This document shows, one piece after another, positions 51,625-64,000 of a DNA stretch of 64,000 nt. The stretch is from Octopus sinensis (taxonomy: Eukaryota): contig NC_043018.1 of NCBI RefSeq assembly GCF_006345805.1, forward strand, positions 7,192,001-7,256,000. Direction: 5' to 3'. The number at the start of each line of letters is the position of its first letter. Within the stretch, counting starts at the first letter, position 1. The notes under the pieces are model-generated. The model was given only the letters and a program-made list of their open reading frames with translations. It was not told the DNA's origin and did not search any database. A program made the position numbers and the translations under genes.

Positions 51625-52540
51625 GTTGTCATCACTATCGTCGTCATCATCTTCATCATCATCATCATCATCATCACTATCGTCGTTGTCATCGTCTTGT
51701 CATCATTGTCACCACACTAGCAGCAGCAGCAGCTGCAATGTTGTCAGCATCATCATCATCATCATTATCATCACCACCATCATCATTGTCATCACAATTA
51801 TCATCATCATCATCATCACCACCATCATCATTGTCATCCCAATCATCATAACCCTCTCACTATCATCTTCATCATCATCATCATCATCACCACCATCATC
51901 ATTGTCTTCACAATCATCATCACCCTCTTACTGTCATCTTTATCATCATCATCATCATCATTATCATTGTCGTTAGTATCTTCAACAGCATCATCATCAT
52001 CTCCATCACCATCATTATCATCATTAGCATTATCATCATGAGCATAATCATCAACAACATCACCATCATTATCATCACCGTTGTCGTCATCGTTGTCATC
52101 ATTGTCCTCATCGTCGTCATCGTCATCAGCAGCAGGGTAGCAATGTCATCAAGATTGTTATTGTCATCTTTGACGAGATTTTCATCATTAAAATCATCGA
52201 TGCCACCGATACCATTGTCATCATCACCATCATATTTTATCTGTCATCATCGCCATCACCTTCAATCAGTGTCACTGTTGCCACCATCACCACCACCAGT
52301 GTTGTCATCAACACCGCCAGTGTAACATTGTCATCATCACTCAGTCCTCATCATCACCATCAACATCATAACCGTTTTCACCATCAACATCATCAGTCAT
52401 CATCATCATCATCACCACCACCATCATTATCATCATCCCATCATTACAATCAGCATCATCTTCATTCTCATTCTCCTCTTAACTCCCTATCCTCCACATC
52501 ATCATCATTTTCATCATCAATATCCTCATCATCATCACAT
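51625..52540. repeat. Cryptic (CAT/CAC/CGT)n trinucleotide field
   Basis: Direct reading; source of the poly-S/H/I ORFs. Confidence 0.9.
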
Positions 52541-53669
52541 TTCTTTACACTTTTAATTGCCATTATAGTCACCTTGGAATTTTCAAAGGCAGAACTTTAT
52601 GACCCGATGTCTTTTCTGATTTTAACCTTATTAGTCCCCTCTTATACTATCAGAGATATAAGATTGATATGTGTGTATGTATATATATATATGAGCATCA
52701 TATATATATAGTTGAGGTGTGTTCTTGACAGAACACACCTCAACTATACTCTTCCTTTTGACACTTTTACTCTTTACTTTATATATCATCATCATCATTT
52801 AGCGTCCGCTTTCCATGGTAGCATGGGTTGGACGGTTCAACTGGGGTATATATATATATATATATATATACACACTTTCCCTTTCTCTTTTACTTGTTTC
52901 AGTCATTTGACTGTGGCCATGCTGGAGCACTGCCTTTAGTCGAGCAAATTGACCCCAGGACTTATTCTTTGGAAGCCTAGTACTTATTCTATCAGTCTCT
53001 TTTGCCGAACCGCTAGGTTACGGGAACATAAACACACCACCATCAGTTGTCGAGTGATGTTTGGGGGACAAACACAGACACACAAACATACACACACACA
53101 CACACACACATACACATATATACATATATATACGATGGGCTTCTTTCAGTTTCCATCTACCAAATCCACTCACAAGGCTTTGGTTGGGAAATACAAAGAA
53201 AGAGAGAGAGAGAAACACAGAGAAAGAAAGACAGAGAGATGAACAGAGAGAGAGAGAGAGAGATTTATGGGCATATAAAAACAATGATATATATAAAAAC
53301 ATAAAGATAAACTGAACAAAAACTACGAAAATACCACACACAACAAATAAAAAACATATAACCACATAAAGATAAAACTACATAACATAAATATATAACA
53401 TACATTAATATAAATCAATACCAGTATATATATATATAATATATATATATATCACAAAAAATATAAATGCCTAAACACTGAATAGATAAATACAAAAAAC
53501 AGAAAAACAGATATGAAAGAAACACAAGTATTAAAGAATAAAAATAAAAAGAGAGCAAAACCATTGTTAAAGTCTATTGAAAGGAGAAAATCTGACAATT
53601 TTCATGTTTTTTTTTGTTTGGGTTTTGGTTTCTGAAAATCTTTGCTTTATATGTTTTAAATTCTAGTAT

Positions 53670-53830
53670 TATTGTCATCATCATCATTATTATTGTTATT
53701 GCTATTCTTCTTCTTCTTCTTCTTCTTCTTCTTCTTCTTCTTCTTCTTCTTCTTCTTGCTATTATTATTATTATTATTGTTGTTATTGCTATTATTATTA
53801 GCATTATTATTATTATTATTATTATTATTG
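53670..53830. repeat. (TAT)n-(TTC)n-(TAT)n compound microsatellite
   Basis: Direct reading. Confidence 0.95.
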
Positions 53831-55267
53831 TCAGAAAATTGCTTAGCGGTATTTCGTCTGCCACTAAATTTTGAGTTCAAATTCTGCCGCGGTCGACTTT
53901 GCCTTTCATCCTTTCAGGGTCGATAAACTACCCCCAAATTGCTGTCCTTGTAGCAAAATTTGAAGCCATTATCATTATTGCTGTTGTTATTAAGATGGTG
54001 ATTAATTTACTTTATTTTTATGTTAACTTAAAAATAAATGAAATTAGACTATGCCCATCATACACTCACTTCTAGCTTCTAATTTATTATTATTATAAAT
54101 AATAGAAAATACCTTTTAAGAACTTTTAAATGTTAATAAGAATTATCTCTACTACAAAGTAGCTCTCAATGTTGGATTATACAATTGTTGGTAGCCATGT
54201 TTAATTCTTGGAGTGAAAATTACCATACAGATAAGTTAACATTTCTTTTTACTAACATTTTGTTTTTCCTACTTTTGTTCCACATTTCTGTTCATTATTT
54301 ACTCAAGTAAAATTATTCCAACAACTTCTAGTTATATAATTTTAGTTTGTCATGTCTTAATATACGATGTAAATAACAAAATAAGTTCATATAAGATAGA
54401 CCTGAAGATTGGCAATATAATCGTTTTCATGTGGTATTGTATAGAAACATTCTGTTTCAGCAATATTTAGTAATATGTTGTCATGAAACGCACGTAGTCT
54501 AGATAATGTAAAGTATGTGATTTGGAATAAGAATTGTAGGTATTAATTTTGATAATTTTAATATTTAGTCCTATATGTACATATTGTGGATAATGTCATT
54601 TAATGATGATTGAGTTGCTTGAGGGTGATTCTGTCTCTTTAACCTATTTGTTTATATGTATATAATACAGTGAGTTATTCGTTTTAGTACCACTAAATAG
54701 AACTTCTCTCCCCTGTGGACTCGGAAAGAAGCTTGCTTCCAAATCATATGGTTCCATGTTCAGTCCCATTGCAAGGCCCCATGAGCAAGTGTCTTCTACT
54801 ATAGCCTCGGGCCAACCAAAGCTTTGTGACTGGGTTTGGTAGATGAAAACTGAAAGAAGCTTATATATATATATATATATATAGGGAGGGGGTGGTTGTC
54901 TGCATTTCTATCCCACCACTGCTTGGCAACTGGTGTTGATGTTTTACATCCTTGTAACTTAGAAGTTTGACAAAAGAGACTGATAGAACTTATTACTAAG
55001 CTTTAAAAAAAATTAGTCTTGGTGTCAATTTATTCAACTAAAACCCATCAAGGAAGTGCCCCAGCATGGTCACACTCAAATAAATGAAACTAGTATAAAA
55101 GATTAAGAAAAAAAAGAGGAATCTAATGCTAGAAACTACATCAGAATCAGTAAGGAAGGGGAAAACCTTTGAGGGGGGGTGATCCTTGGAGTGCTAAGCT
55201 GTGGTCATGCTTATATAAATGTGCATGTGTATGTGTGTGCATATATGTAAATATATGTGTATGCATA

Positions 55268-55500
55268 TATCATCATCATCGTTTAACGTCCGCTTTCCAT
55301 GCTAGCATGGGTTGGACGGTTTGACTGTGGTCTGGGAAGCCAGGAGGCTGCACCAGGCCTTCTGATCTGGCAGTGTTTCTACAGCTGGATGCCCTTCCTA
55401 ACGCCAACCAGTCAGAGAGTGTAGTGGGTGCTTTTTACATGCCACCGGCACAGGTACCAGGCGAGGATGGCAACAGCCACGATTGATTGGTGCTTTTTAC
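55268..55500 (-). mobile_element. SINE-like family D
   Basis: CATCATCATCGTTTAACGTCCGCTTTCCATGC. Confidence 0.8.
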
Positions 55501-55699
55501 ATTGATATATATAAATATATATTTGCATGTGTAAAGTAACAGTTTTAGAGAAATACCATTGGTTTCATATCTAGCATGTCTTCAGTTTCTCTAAATGATA
55601 ACTGGTCTCTGCAAAGAAAATTTTTTTAAAAACACAAGAACACCAGTGATAGTTGAAGAAATATTCCTCTGAAAAACTTATCTCCAGGCAATTATGTCT

Positions 55700-56530
55700 T
55701 CCTTCACATAGCTTGGTTTTCCAGTTTTGAAGTAAAAATTTCTGAAAATGTGGACAACTCCCCACAGCTTCAGTCCCGGAGTTCAGGTAGCCACCTGGCT
55801 CATGTTAGTTCATAAGGATTATATATTTTTCTGCCGTACACAATTTACATAGCCTTGTTCCATTGTGATAGGGTCCACAAGTTTCTAGTTCTTTCCACCT
55901 GATATTAAAGGGCGTATGACCGTCCTTTAGGTGCCATACGTATGCTGCGAGTGTCATTGTGTTGTGTCTCTCCGGCACCCTGCAAGAAGATCTGTGTTTG
56001 TTCAGGCGAATTCTAAATTTGGATTCACAAGATCCGACATAAATTTAAGTATGTGTCCCTGTGTTGTCATTGATGTTACTTTTATTTGTGCTGCTCCTGT
56101 TTGAGGCTACCTTTGCTTGGTACACTGCAGCCTCGGTGTCACATCGGCCATCCACTGGGCATTCATTTCTAATCCTGCATGAACAACCTGCCTCTGCCTG
56201 TGGTTTAGGAGTGCTAAGTAATTTTTCCTTAACATTGGGTGCACAACTGAAAGAGATCCTTAAATTATGTCTATTAAAGATCTTTCTATATTTGTGTGAT
56301 TGCGGGAAATGCTTATCCACCAACCTAAGAAAAATCTTACCTACGCATGTCCGGACATTTAGGGAGTAGTGGGGAGCGAACCATAAGGCCTTGTGGTGGT
56401 GTTTCCTTTTATGGTTGCTCAATCCTGGTGTATATACTTTATGGTCCTTGAACCCGCTGGCCACTAGCACCTCATTGTAAGCAGTAGCCGCTGCGTTGAA
56501 AATAGTTTTATTTGAAGATAAGCTCAAAAA
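55700..56530 (-). mobile_element. Degenerate Penelope-like element (linker + GIY-YIG), distinct subfamily from 43-45 kb
   Basis: ALWFAPHYSLNV...VGKIFLRLVDKHFP, CSCRIRNECPVDGRC, AVYQAKV; GSCPHFQKFLL downstream. Confidence 0.85.
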
Positions 56531-56669
56531 TCCATTTACTGGTACTTTTTATTAGGTGTGTGGCAGGAGGTTGTGTTGATGTATATGATAGTATATACAG
56601 ACACACATATACACACACGCGCACGTGTGTACACACACGCGCATGCGTGCACACACACACACACATATA

Positions 56670-56876
56670 TACTCTTTTATTTGTATCAGTCATTTGACTG
56701 TAACCATGCTGGAGCTCTGCCTTTAGTCGAGCAAATCAACCACAGGACTTATTCTTTGTAAGCCTAGTACTTATTCTATCGGGCTGTTTTGCCGAACCGC
56801 TAAGTTACAGGGATGTAAACACACCAGCATCAGTTGTCAAGTGATGTTGGGGGGACAAACAGACACACAAACATAT

Positions 56877-56931
<55 letters not shown>

Positions 56932-57030
56932 TATATACGACAGGCTTCTTTCAGTTTCCATCTACCAAATTCACTCACAAGGCTTTGGTTGGCCCAACGC
57001 TATAGTAGAAGACACATGCCCAAGGTGCCA
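56670..57030 (-). mobile_element. SINE family B, head truncated
   Basis: Family motifs on the minus strand. Confidence 0.85.
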
Positions 57031-57177
57031 CACAACTACACCTATGTATATATATTTCAAAAAATGGGTAGAGATGGTTTTTTGGGAGGAATAATTTTTA
57101 TTTTAGTCTTAATAATAGTTTACAGTGAATTACTCTGATATGAGTTTCAAACTTCAAGTAGCTGTTTTCAAAAGTGT

Positions 57178-57256
<79 letters not shown>

Positions 57257-58608
57257 TACACACACATATATATATATATATTAGAAAAAATAAGGTACTC
57301 AAAAATCTGGATGGTCGTATATTTATGGATTTCTGAGGACCTTACTTTTTCTAATATATAATACCTGTACATCACCTCCAAACCTTCTAATATGTGTGTG
57401 TGTGTAATAGATCAGGATTTGAGTGAAACAAGCACTCAACTGACAAGACACCAGGTTGGGTCGCAAAAAGGCGTACACAACAAAAATAGAGGACAACATA
57501 CGGGAGTACTAGAGCACAGGCAGAAAGGGTATTGAGGTTATGTATATGATTAACAGCACCCGACTGAGTATATCAATAACTCTGGGGCTAATCGGGAAAC
57601 ACACATTGCACTAAATGTACAGTCCATAATATACCTCGGATCTTCTCAAGGAATAGGTTCTGAGCGAGGTGAATAATAAATAGATAAATAAATAAGAAGA
57701 TAGATAATGAGTCAATCCACTACAGCTGTTTCTAATGAGTTATTAATTGATTAATGGCAAGGTTACGTCATTAGAAAAATCCGTGGTCTGCATCTGTAAG
57801 GGGTGGGTATAAACATTTGAAAAGAAGAAATTAGGGGCTGACATGTCAAATAAGAACCCAGCATCCCTTTGTTTGGTTTCTTTCATTTCTTTGGAATTGC
57901 ATTCTTTTCAACAATGAAGATTACAATTTCACCCACCAAAACAGATTTTGAAAATTTGAAATACCATACACATTCACATACACACACACACAAATCTTTT
58001 GTTTTGCTCTTTTTCAGTAATTTCCGGGGAATTCCATATGGAAATATAGAGATTTCAATTCCGAAAAAAAACAAAAAAACATAATTTACAAAATTCCAAT
58101 GTTTTAAAAATGTTTCCTTCTATCCTCTGACTTTCATAATATCCACCTCACCACCACCATCATCACCACCACTACTGCTGCTACCACTGCCATCACCACC
58201 ACCATCATCACCACCAACACCATGGCCACCGCCATCACCACTACCACCACCTGCTTTTTTACCAATATTCCAGATGTTTTTTAAACCCAGATGTTCCTTT
58301 CTTCATGCATGGATGCAGATAGATCCCGAAGATGAAATGGGGGCGGTCTCAATATGTTGAGGTCACTCAACATGCTTGAAATAACAGCCAAATTTAAAAA
58401 AACAAATACATGAAAATGTATAATAAAACGGAAAGAAGAGATGAAGATGAAAACAGTTATAAGAAAAAATGGAAAAGAAACTTTGAAAGAAGCAAATTAA
58501 AATCGGTAAGATGGAGAATAAACATTTGTTTTGCATGGTTATCATCATCATCATCACCATCATCGCCATCAGCTTCAGTAACAGTGACAACAAAAATATC
58601 ATCAATAT

Positions 58609-58829
58609 TACTCTTTAGTATTTAAACTGGCCATATCCAGTCCAAATATTCTGTTTTATGTTCAAACTGGTTAGATCTGGCCTCTCATACCTACTCTACA
58701 ATTTCATTCTAAAAATAAATAATTACATCAGTGAAACCTTGAAGCTGTAAGACAATGCATGATTAATTCAAAACGAGGTAAATAAATAAGGATTACATTT
58801 GACAGAATAATCTGAATGCTAAAGGGTTA
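58609..58829. mobile_element. piggyBac-like MITE, left end degenerate
   Basis: Ends GCTAAAGGGTTAA; the left end TTACTCTTTAGTA is a decayed inverse. Confidence 0.55.
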
Positions 58830-58874
58830 ACATTGTCAACATTGTCAAAACCTTCATCATAAAAATCATAGAAG

Positions 58875-59475
58875 TGCAGGAGTGGCTGTATGGTAAGTAG
58901 CTTGCTTACCAACCACATGGTTCCGGGTTCATTCCCACTGTGTGGCACCTTGGGCAAGTGTCTTCTACTATAGCCTTGGGCCGACCAATGCCTTGTGAGT
59001 GGATTTGGTAGATGGAAACTGAAAGAAGCCCATCGTATATATGTATATGTATAAGGCGGCGAGCTGGCAGACACGTTAGCGCACCCGGGCGAAATGCTCA
59101 ACAGTATTTCATCTGCCGTTACATTCTGAGTTCAAATTCCACCAAGGTCGACTTTGCCTTTCATCCTTTTGGAGTCGATAAATAAAGTACCTGTTTTTCA
59201 CTGAGATTGATGTAATCGACTTAATCCCCTTGTTTGTCCCCTCTATGTTTAGCCCCTTGTGGGCAATGAAGAAATATATATATATGTTTGTGTGTCTGTA
59301 TTTGTCCTCGCAACATTGCTCGACAGCCGATGCTGGTGTGTTTACGTCCCCGTTACTTAGCGGTTTGGCAAAAGAGACTGATAGAATAAGTCCTGGGGTC
59401 TATTTTCTCGACTAAAGGTGGTGCTCCAGCATGGCCGCGGTCAAATAACTGAAACAAGTAAAAGAGTAAAAGAGA
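58875..59475 (+). mobile_element. SINE family B interrupted by a SINE family A copy (59055-59275)
   Basis: The B head and tail resume on either side of the A copy. Confidence 0.85.
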
Positions 59476-59754
59476 GTAAGGTATGCGAAATTCTGAAAAA
59501 TCAATCTTCAGCAAATAATAACCTGAAACCTTGTCTCCGGTCCTCATGTCTTCTTTAAAGCTTAATATCCCTTCCTTGAAGAGCACAGAATTAATTTTAT
59601 TTTTCTCAGATCAGCATAAACAATTGAGTATGATATCAGGTAGACATTGCACAAGAGAGGATTCTATAGATGTAAGAAATTGACCCTTCAAATTTAGACC
59701 TTTAGAGATGGAGCTTCATTTGGAGTTTCAGTTCCAAAAAGGCAGAGCCATTTA

Positions 59755-59819
59755 TGACCAAGGGACACCCTGACCAAGGGACACCCTGACCAAGGGACAC
59801 CCTGACCAAGAGACACCCT
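59755..59819 (+). repeat. 16-bp tandem repeat x4 (TGACCAAGGGACACCC)
   Basis: Direct reading. Confidence 0.95.
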
Positions 59820-59938
59820 CTTGAGCTGAGTGTTCCTGAGAAAGTTGGCAGCATGCTTATTGGTTTCTCTGACAAACATTTGAATAAGATTCCATTTGAA
59901 AAACAGCTTAAAGTATTTCACTGGGGTGGTATATTTCT

Positions 59939-60165
59939 AGGCAGCGAGCTGGCAGAATCGTTAGCACGCCGGGCAAAATGCGTAGCTGTATTTCGTCTGC
60001 CATTACGTTCTGAGTTCAAATTCCGCCAAGGTCGACTTTGCCTTTCATCCTTTCGGGGTCGATTAAATAAGTACCAGTTACGCACTGGGGTTGATATAAT
60101 CAACTTAATCCGTTTGTCTGTCCCCTCTGTGTTTAGCCCCTTGTGGGTAGTAAAGAAATAGGTAT
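59939..60165 (+). mobile_element. SINE family A
   Basis: Full-length match. Confidence 0.9.
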
Positions 60166-60580
60166 ATTTCTAGGCCCTATATTTTCTAAGAATTCAAAGG
60201 GATCATCTCTATCTAGTTCAGTATCCCTAATCCTAAAGCAAGGGTTCACAACAATATCATCACCATTGTCATTTTGATCTTTCTCCATTATTTTCCTGGT
60301 TGTTTTCACCAGTTTTAGTGTCAAACTAATGACAACTAGGCTGGGAGAAATCAGACTCGTTAACTATAATTTCATCAGCGTTACTATCGGATGTGGTGAA
60401 ATTTCACGATGCTCACTTGGAATGCAAAAACATTGATGTAGAATCACAGAACACAGTAAACTATCATGGAAGCCAGCCACCATTGAAAGGCCCAGATGTT
60501 AAAGAAATGTGAGAAGTGGTCTGATTGGCTAGAATGAAGACCAGCCAGCTAATCTCAAGACAAATATTATCAGGCCAAAT

Positions 60581-60957
60581 GGAGGCACAATGGCCCAGTG
60601 GTTAGGGCAGTGGATTCGCGGTCGTAGGATCGTGGTTTCGATTCCCAGACCGGGTGTTGTGAGTGTTTATTGAGCGAAAACACCTAAAGCTCCACGAGGC
60701 TCCGGCAGGGGGTGGTGGCGATCCCTGCTGTACTCTTTCGCCACAACTTTCTCTCACTCTTTCTTCCTGTTTCTGTTGTACCTGTATTTCAAAGGGCCGG
60801 CCTTGTCACTCTCTGTGTCACGCTGAATATCCCCGAGAACTACATTAAGGGTACATGTGTCTGTGGAATGCTCAGCCACTTACACGTTAATTTCACGAGC
60901 AGGCTGTTCTGTTGGTCGGATCAACCGGAACCCTCATCGTCGTAACCGACGGAGTGC
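60581..60957 (+). mobile_element. SINE family C, full length
   Basis: tRNA-like head plus conserved central domain. Confidence 0.9.
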
Positions 60958-61536
60958 TTCCCCATTATCAGGCCAACAGATTGGCCTAATCGTCTTCATC
61001 ATTCAACCTTTTGGCCAATTGATTGGCCCTGTTGTCTCTTAAGGGTTAATGATTTTTGCCAGCATTCTGCCAAAAGGACCCTGAATTTCTCTTTAATCTT
61101 TTTCCTACTTTTTCACCCCATCCAAGCCTAAACAAAAGACATATTTAAATTGTGACCCTAACTTGAGCTGCCAATATTTCTAAGCTCCCATTTCCTTGTG
61201 CTCTGTAAATTTTCCAGATTCAATTAATTAAGAATATTGTCATTCTATATTTGTGTTTTTCCTGCCATTATACATACATACAGACATACATACATACTTA
61301 CATATGTGTGTGTGCACACATGTATACAATATACATATGAATATATATAAGTATATTCATATACGTATGTGCATATGGTTAGATAGCTAAATTCAGACAC
61401 ACACACACTCATCTATATCCATATTTGTATTCATTTATATAAAAATAATGTATGTGTGCATGTATATGTGTACATATATATATAATATAATATAATATAT
61501 ATATATATATGTACGTATATATATATATGTACGTAC

Positions 61537-61573
<37 letters not shown>

Positions 61574-61648
61574 TATATATATAATATAATATATATATAT
61601 ATACGTATATATATATATGTACGTACATATATATATATACACACACAC

Positions 61649-61698
<50 letters not shown>

Positions 61699-62327
61699 AT
61701 ATGATATATAATTCGTGAGTGTGGTGACAGGTAGATAGAGATACATGCGTACATACATACATACATACATTGAAACATGCCTATACACCCACATATACAT
61801 ACCTACACACATACATATATATATGTGTGCGTATATGCATTAATCATGTGAATTATACAATAAACATGTGCCATCTATATTGAAACAAGGCAAGATATGA
61901 TTGAAGCCAGGTGAAATTTGTAAACAAGTTCACTGACACGAGTATGAATAGATGTTTATGTGTTTCATTCTGGACATAAAAACAGTGAATGACCTCAACA
62001 AAGACTTGACATTGTTTGCAACCTACTGCAGAGGTCATGTACACACCACCCTGTCCACACAGAAATGAGCAGCTAATGGCTTTATGAACCCATCAGATGT
62101 GGTAGTGTCACTAATAATTAATGATTGTGTTGGCTGATAATTTAATTAAATTGTAAATTGGGCTTTAATGAGCTGAGTTTAAAAGGAGAAGTGTGAAATT
62201 TAGAGAGATGAAATTTTGGTTGGCAAAAGAATTGGTAAATGAAAACTGTGTGGAATCCTTATGTGTGTGAGCCTGCACATAATTGTGTGTGTGTGTGTTT
62301 GTGTCTGTATGTGTTTGTGTATTTGCA

Positions 62328-62367
<40 letters not shown>

Positions 62368-63027
62368 AGAGTGCATTCGTGTCTATGTTTGTGAATTTGT
62401 GTGTCTGTGTGTGTGTTTGTGTGTGCTTTGTATGCATGTGCGAGTGTGTCTGTGTCATTGTGTGCCCATGTTTGTGTCTATGTATGTATTTGTCAATGTG
62501 TGTGTCTGTTGTCCATAGTTGTATGTATTTGTGGTCGCGCGTGTGTGTGTTTGGGTTTGTGTATGTGTGCATGTGTGTATGTGTATATTTGTGCGTATGT
62601 GTCTGCATGTGTTTGGCAGTAATGAAGCTTCTTTGTATGCTGTATAAACATTATGCAACCACTCCTGACACTGCCACAGGTCATTAGCTTAATATACAAA
62701 GACTAATGGAATAAAATAACCTACTTGAAAATAAGATTTGACAGGAAGAAGCGCATCCAACTTTAGAATACGTTTACAATCACCACAAAATGTCAAGACA
62801 AGGAGACACAGAAAACACATTCTCACACACACATATATATACACAATGGGCTTCTTCCAGTTTCCACCACCCAAGTACACTCACAAGATTTTCATTGGCC
62901 CAGGGCTATAATAGAAGTAATTTACTCAAAGGCTATGCAGCGAAATTGAACCACAAACCATGAGGTTACGAAACAAACTTCTTACCACACAGCCATACCT
63001 GCGACTATATCATATATATATATAGCT

Positions 63028-63398
63028 GTGATACCAGTGCCGGTGGTACGTAGGAGAACCATCTGAACGTGGCCGTTGCCAGCACCGCCCCGACTGGCCT
63101 CGTGCCGGTGGCACTTACAAAGCACCATCCGATCGTGGCCGATGCCAGCCTCACCTGGCCCCCATGTCGGTGGCACGTAAAAAGCACCATCTGATCGTGG
63201 CTGTTTGCCAGCCTCATCTGGCACGTAAAAAGCACCCACTACACTCACGGAGTGGTTGGTGTTAGGTAGGGCATCCAGCCGTAGAAACATTGCCAGATCA
63301 GACTGGGCCTGGTGCAGCCTTCTGGCTTCCCAGACCCCAGTTGAACCGTCCAACCCATGCTAGCATGGAAAACAGATGCTAAACGATGATGATGATGA
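63028..63398 (+). mobile_element. SINE-like family D
   Basis: Ends AAACGATGATGATGATG. Confidence 0.8.
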
Positions 63399-63751
63399 TA
63401 TGTATATAGAAAATAATTGAGATTCGGTTGAAATTAGGTGCTTTGGTTGAAGCACCAAAATTAGTGTGGTATTATCCGTACAACTCAGAGTAAGGTGAAT
63501 AAAATCAAAATAAGCGACAGGATATCCAGAGGTGATTCAGTATGACCGATTCAAGTGGCTCCATTTAATTGAACATTGCAATCATTACATCAATTTAAAT
63601 GCAAGCCTGTCCTCTGCTGCATAAATAAATGAATAGAATTTTTTAATCAGTCAGGTACATTACTATAATTTTACTTAAATACTCTAATAGAGCAAGAAGA
63701 TAGACAAAGTCCATGCTGCCACTACTATGGCTTAGAATATACTAGACTTAA

Positions 63752-63987
63752 GGCAGTAAGCTGGCAGAAACGTTAGCACGCTGGACAAAATGCTTAGTGA
63801 CATTTCGTCTGCTGTTACGTTCTGAGTTCAAATTCCGCCGAGGTCAACTTTGCCTTTCATCCTTTTTGGGGTCGATAAATTAAGTACCAGTTACACACTG
63901 AGGTCGATGTAATCGACTTAATCCGTTTGTCTGTCCTTGTTTTTCCCCTCTATCTTTGGCCCCTTGTGGGCAATAAAGAAATAAGAA
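63752..63987 (+). mobile_element. SINE family A
   Basis: Full-length match. Confidence 0.9.
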
Positions 63988-64000
63988 TATGCTAGACTTC

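Noticed and set aside
50814-53926. Poly-L/I/S/H ORFs
   Set aside because: Trinucleotide repeat translations
59755-59819. CRISPR-like appearance of short repeats
   Set aside because: No spacers, eukaryotic context and no cas genes
60133-60324. Protein-like minus ORF (KIMEKDQNDNGDDIVVNPCF...)
   Set aside because: Runs into a SINE with no donor site and cannot be assigned

Overview
AT-rich, repeat-saturated animal genomic DNA. The SINE families, Penelope-like fragments and microsatellite load point to an octopus/cephalopod genome (inferred from repeat content, no database search). A host gene runs on the minus strand: two exons splice in frame (6508-6365 and 4523-4288), with a probable terminal exon at 3042-2977; the protein is not recognised. 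The rest looks intronic or intergenic: at least five SINE families, mariner/maT, hAT, piggyBac-like, pogo-like and Helentron-like DNA elements, RTE/CR1-type LINE tails and long microsatellites. The most striking signal is a cluster of hammerhead ribozyme (HHR) folds in tandem and fold-back repeats. These are (i) a ~0.5 kb retrozyme-like unit with a complete type I HHR in a tandem-plus-inverted arrangement (20.9-22.2 kb), (ii) a 243-bp-arm hairpin with an HHR in each arm (12.75-13.25 kb), (iii) a 2 kb head-to-head Penelope GIY-YIG palindrome with a variant HHR in each arm (43.4-45.4 kb), and (iv) a six-copy ~760 bp array bracketed by inverted minimal HHR motifs (33.9-38.8 kb). Repeat boundaries are approximate and all RNA folds were paired by eye. 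Indel-rich differences between repeat copies suggest long-read error, so some tandem or fold-back structures could be assembly artefacts.
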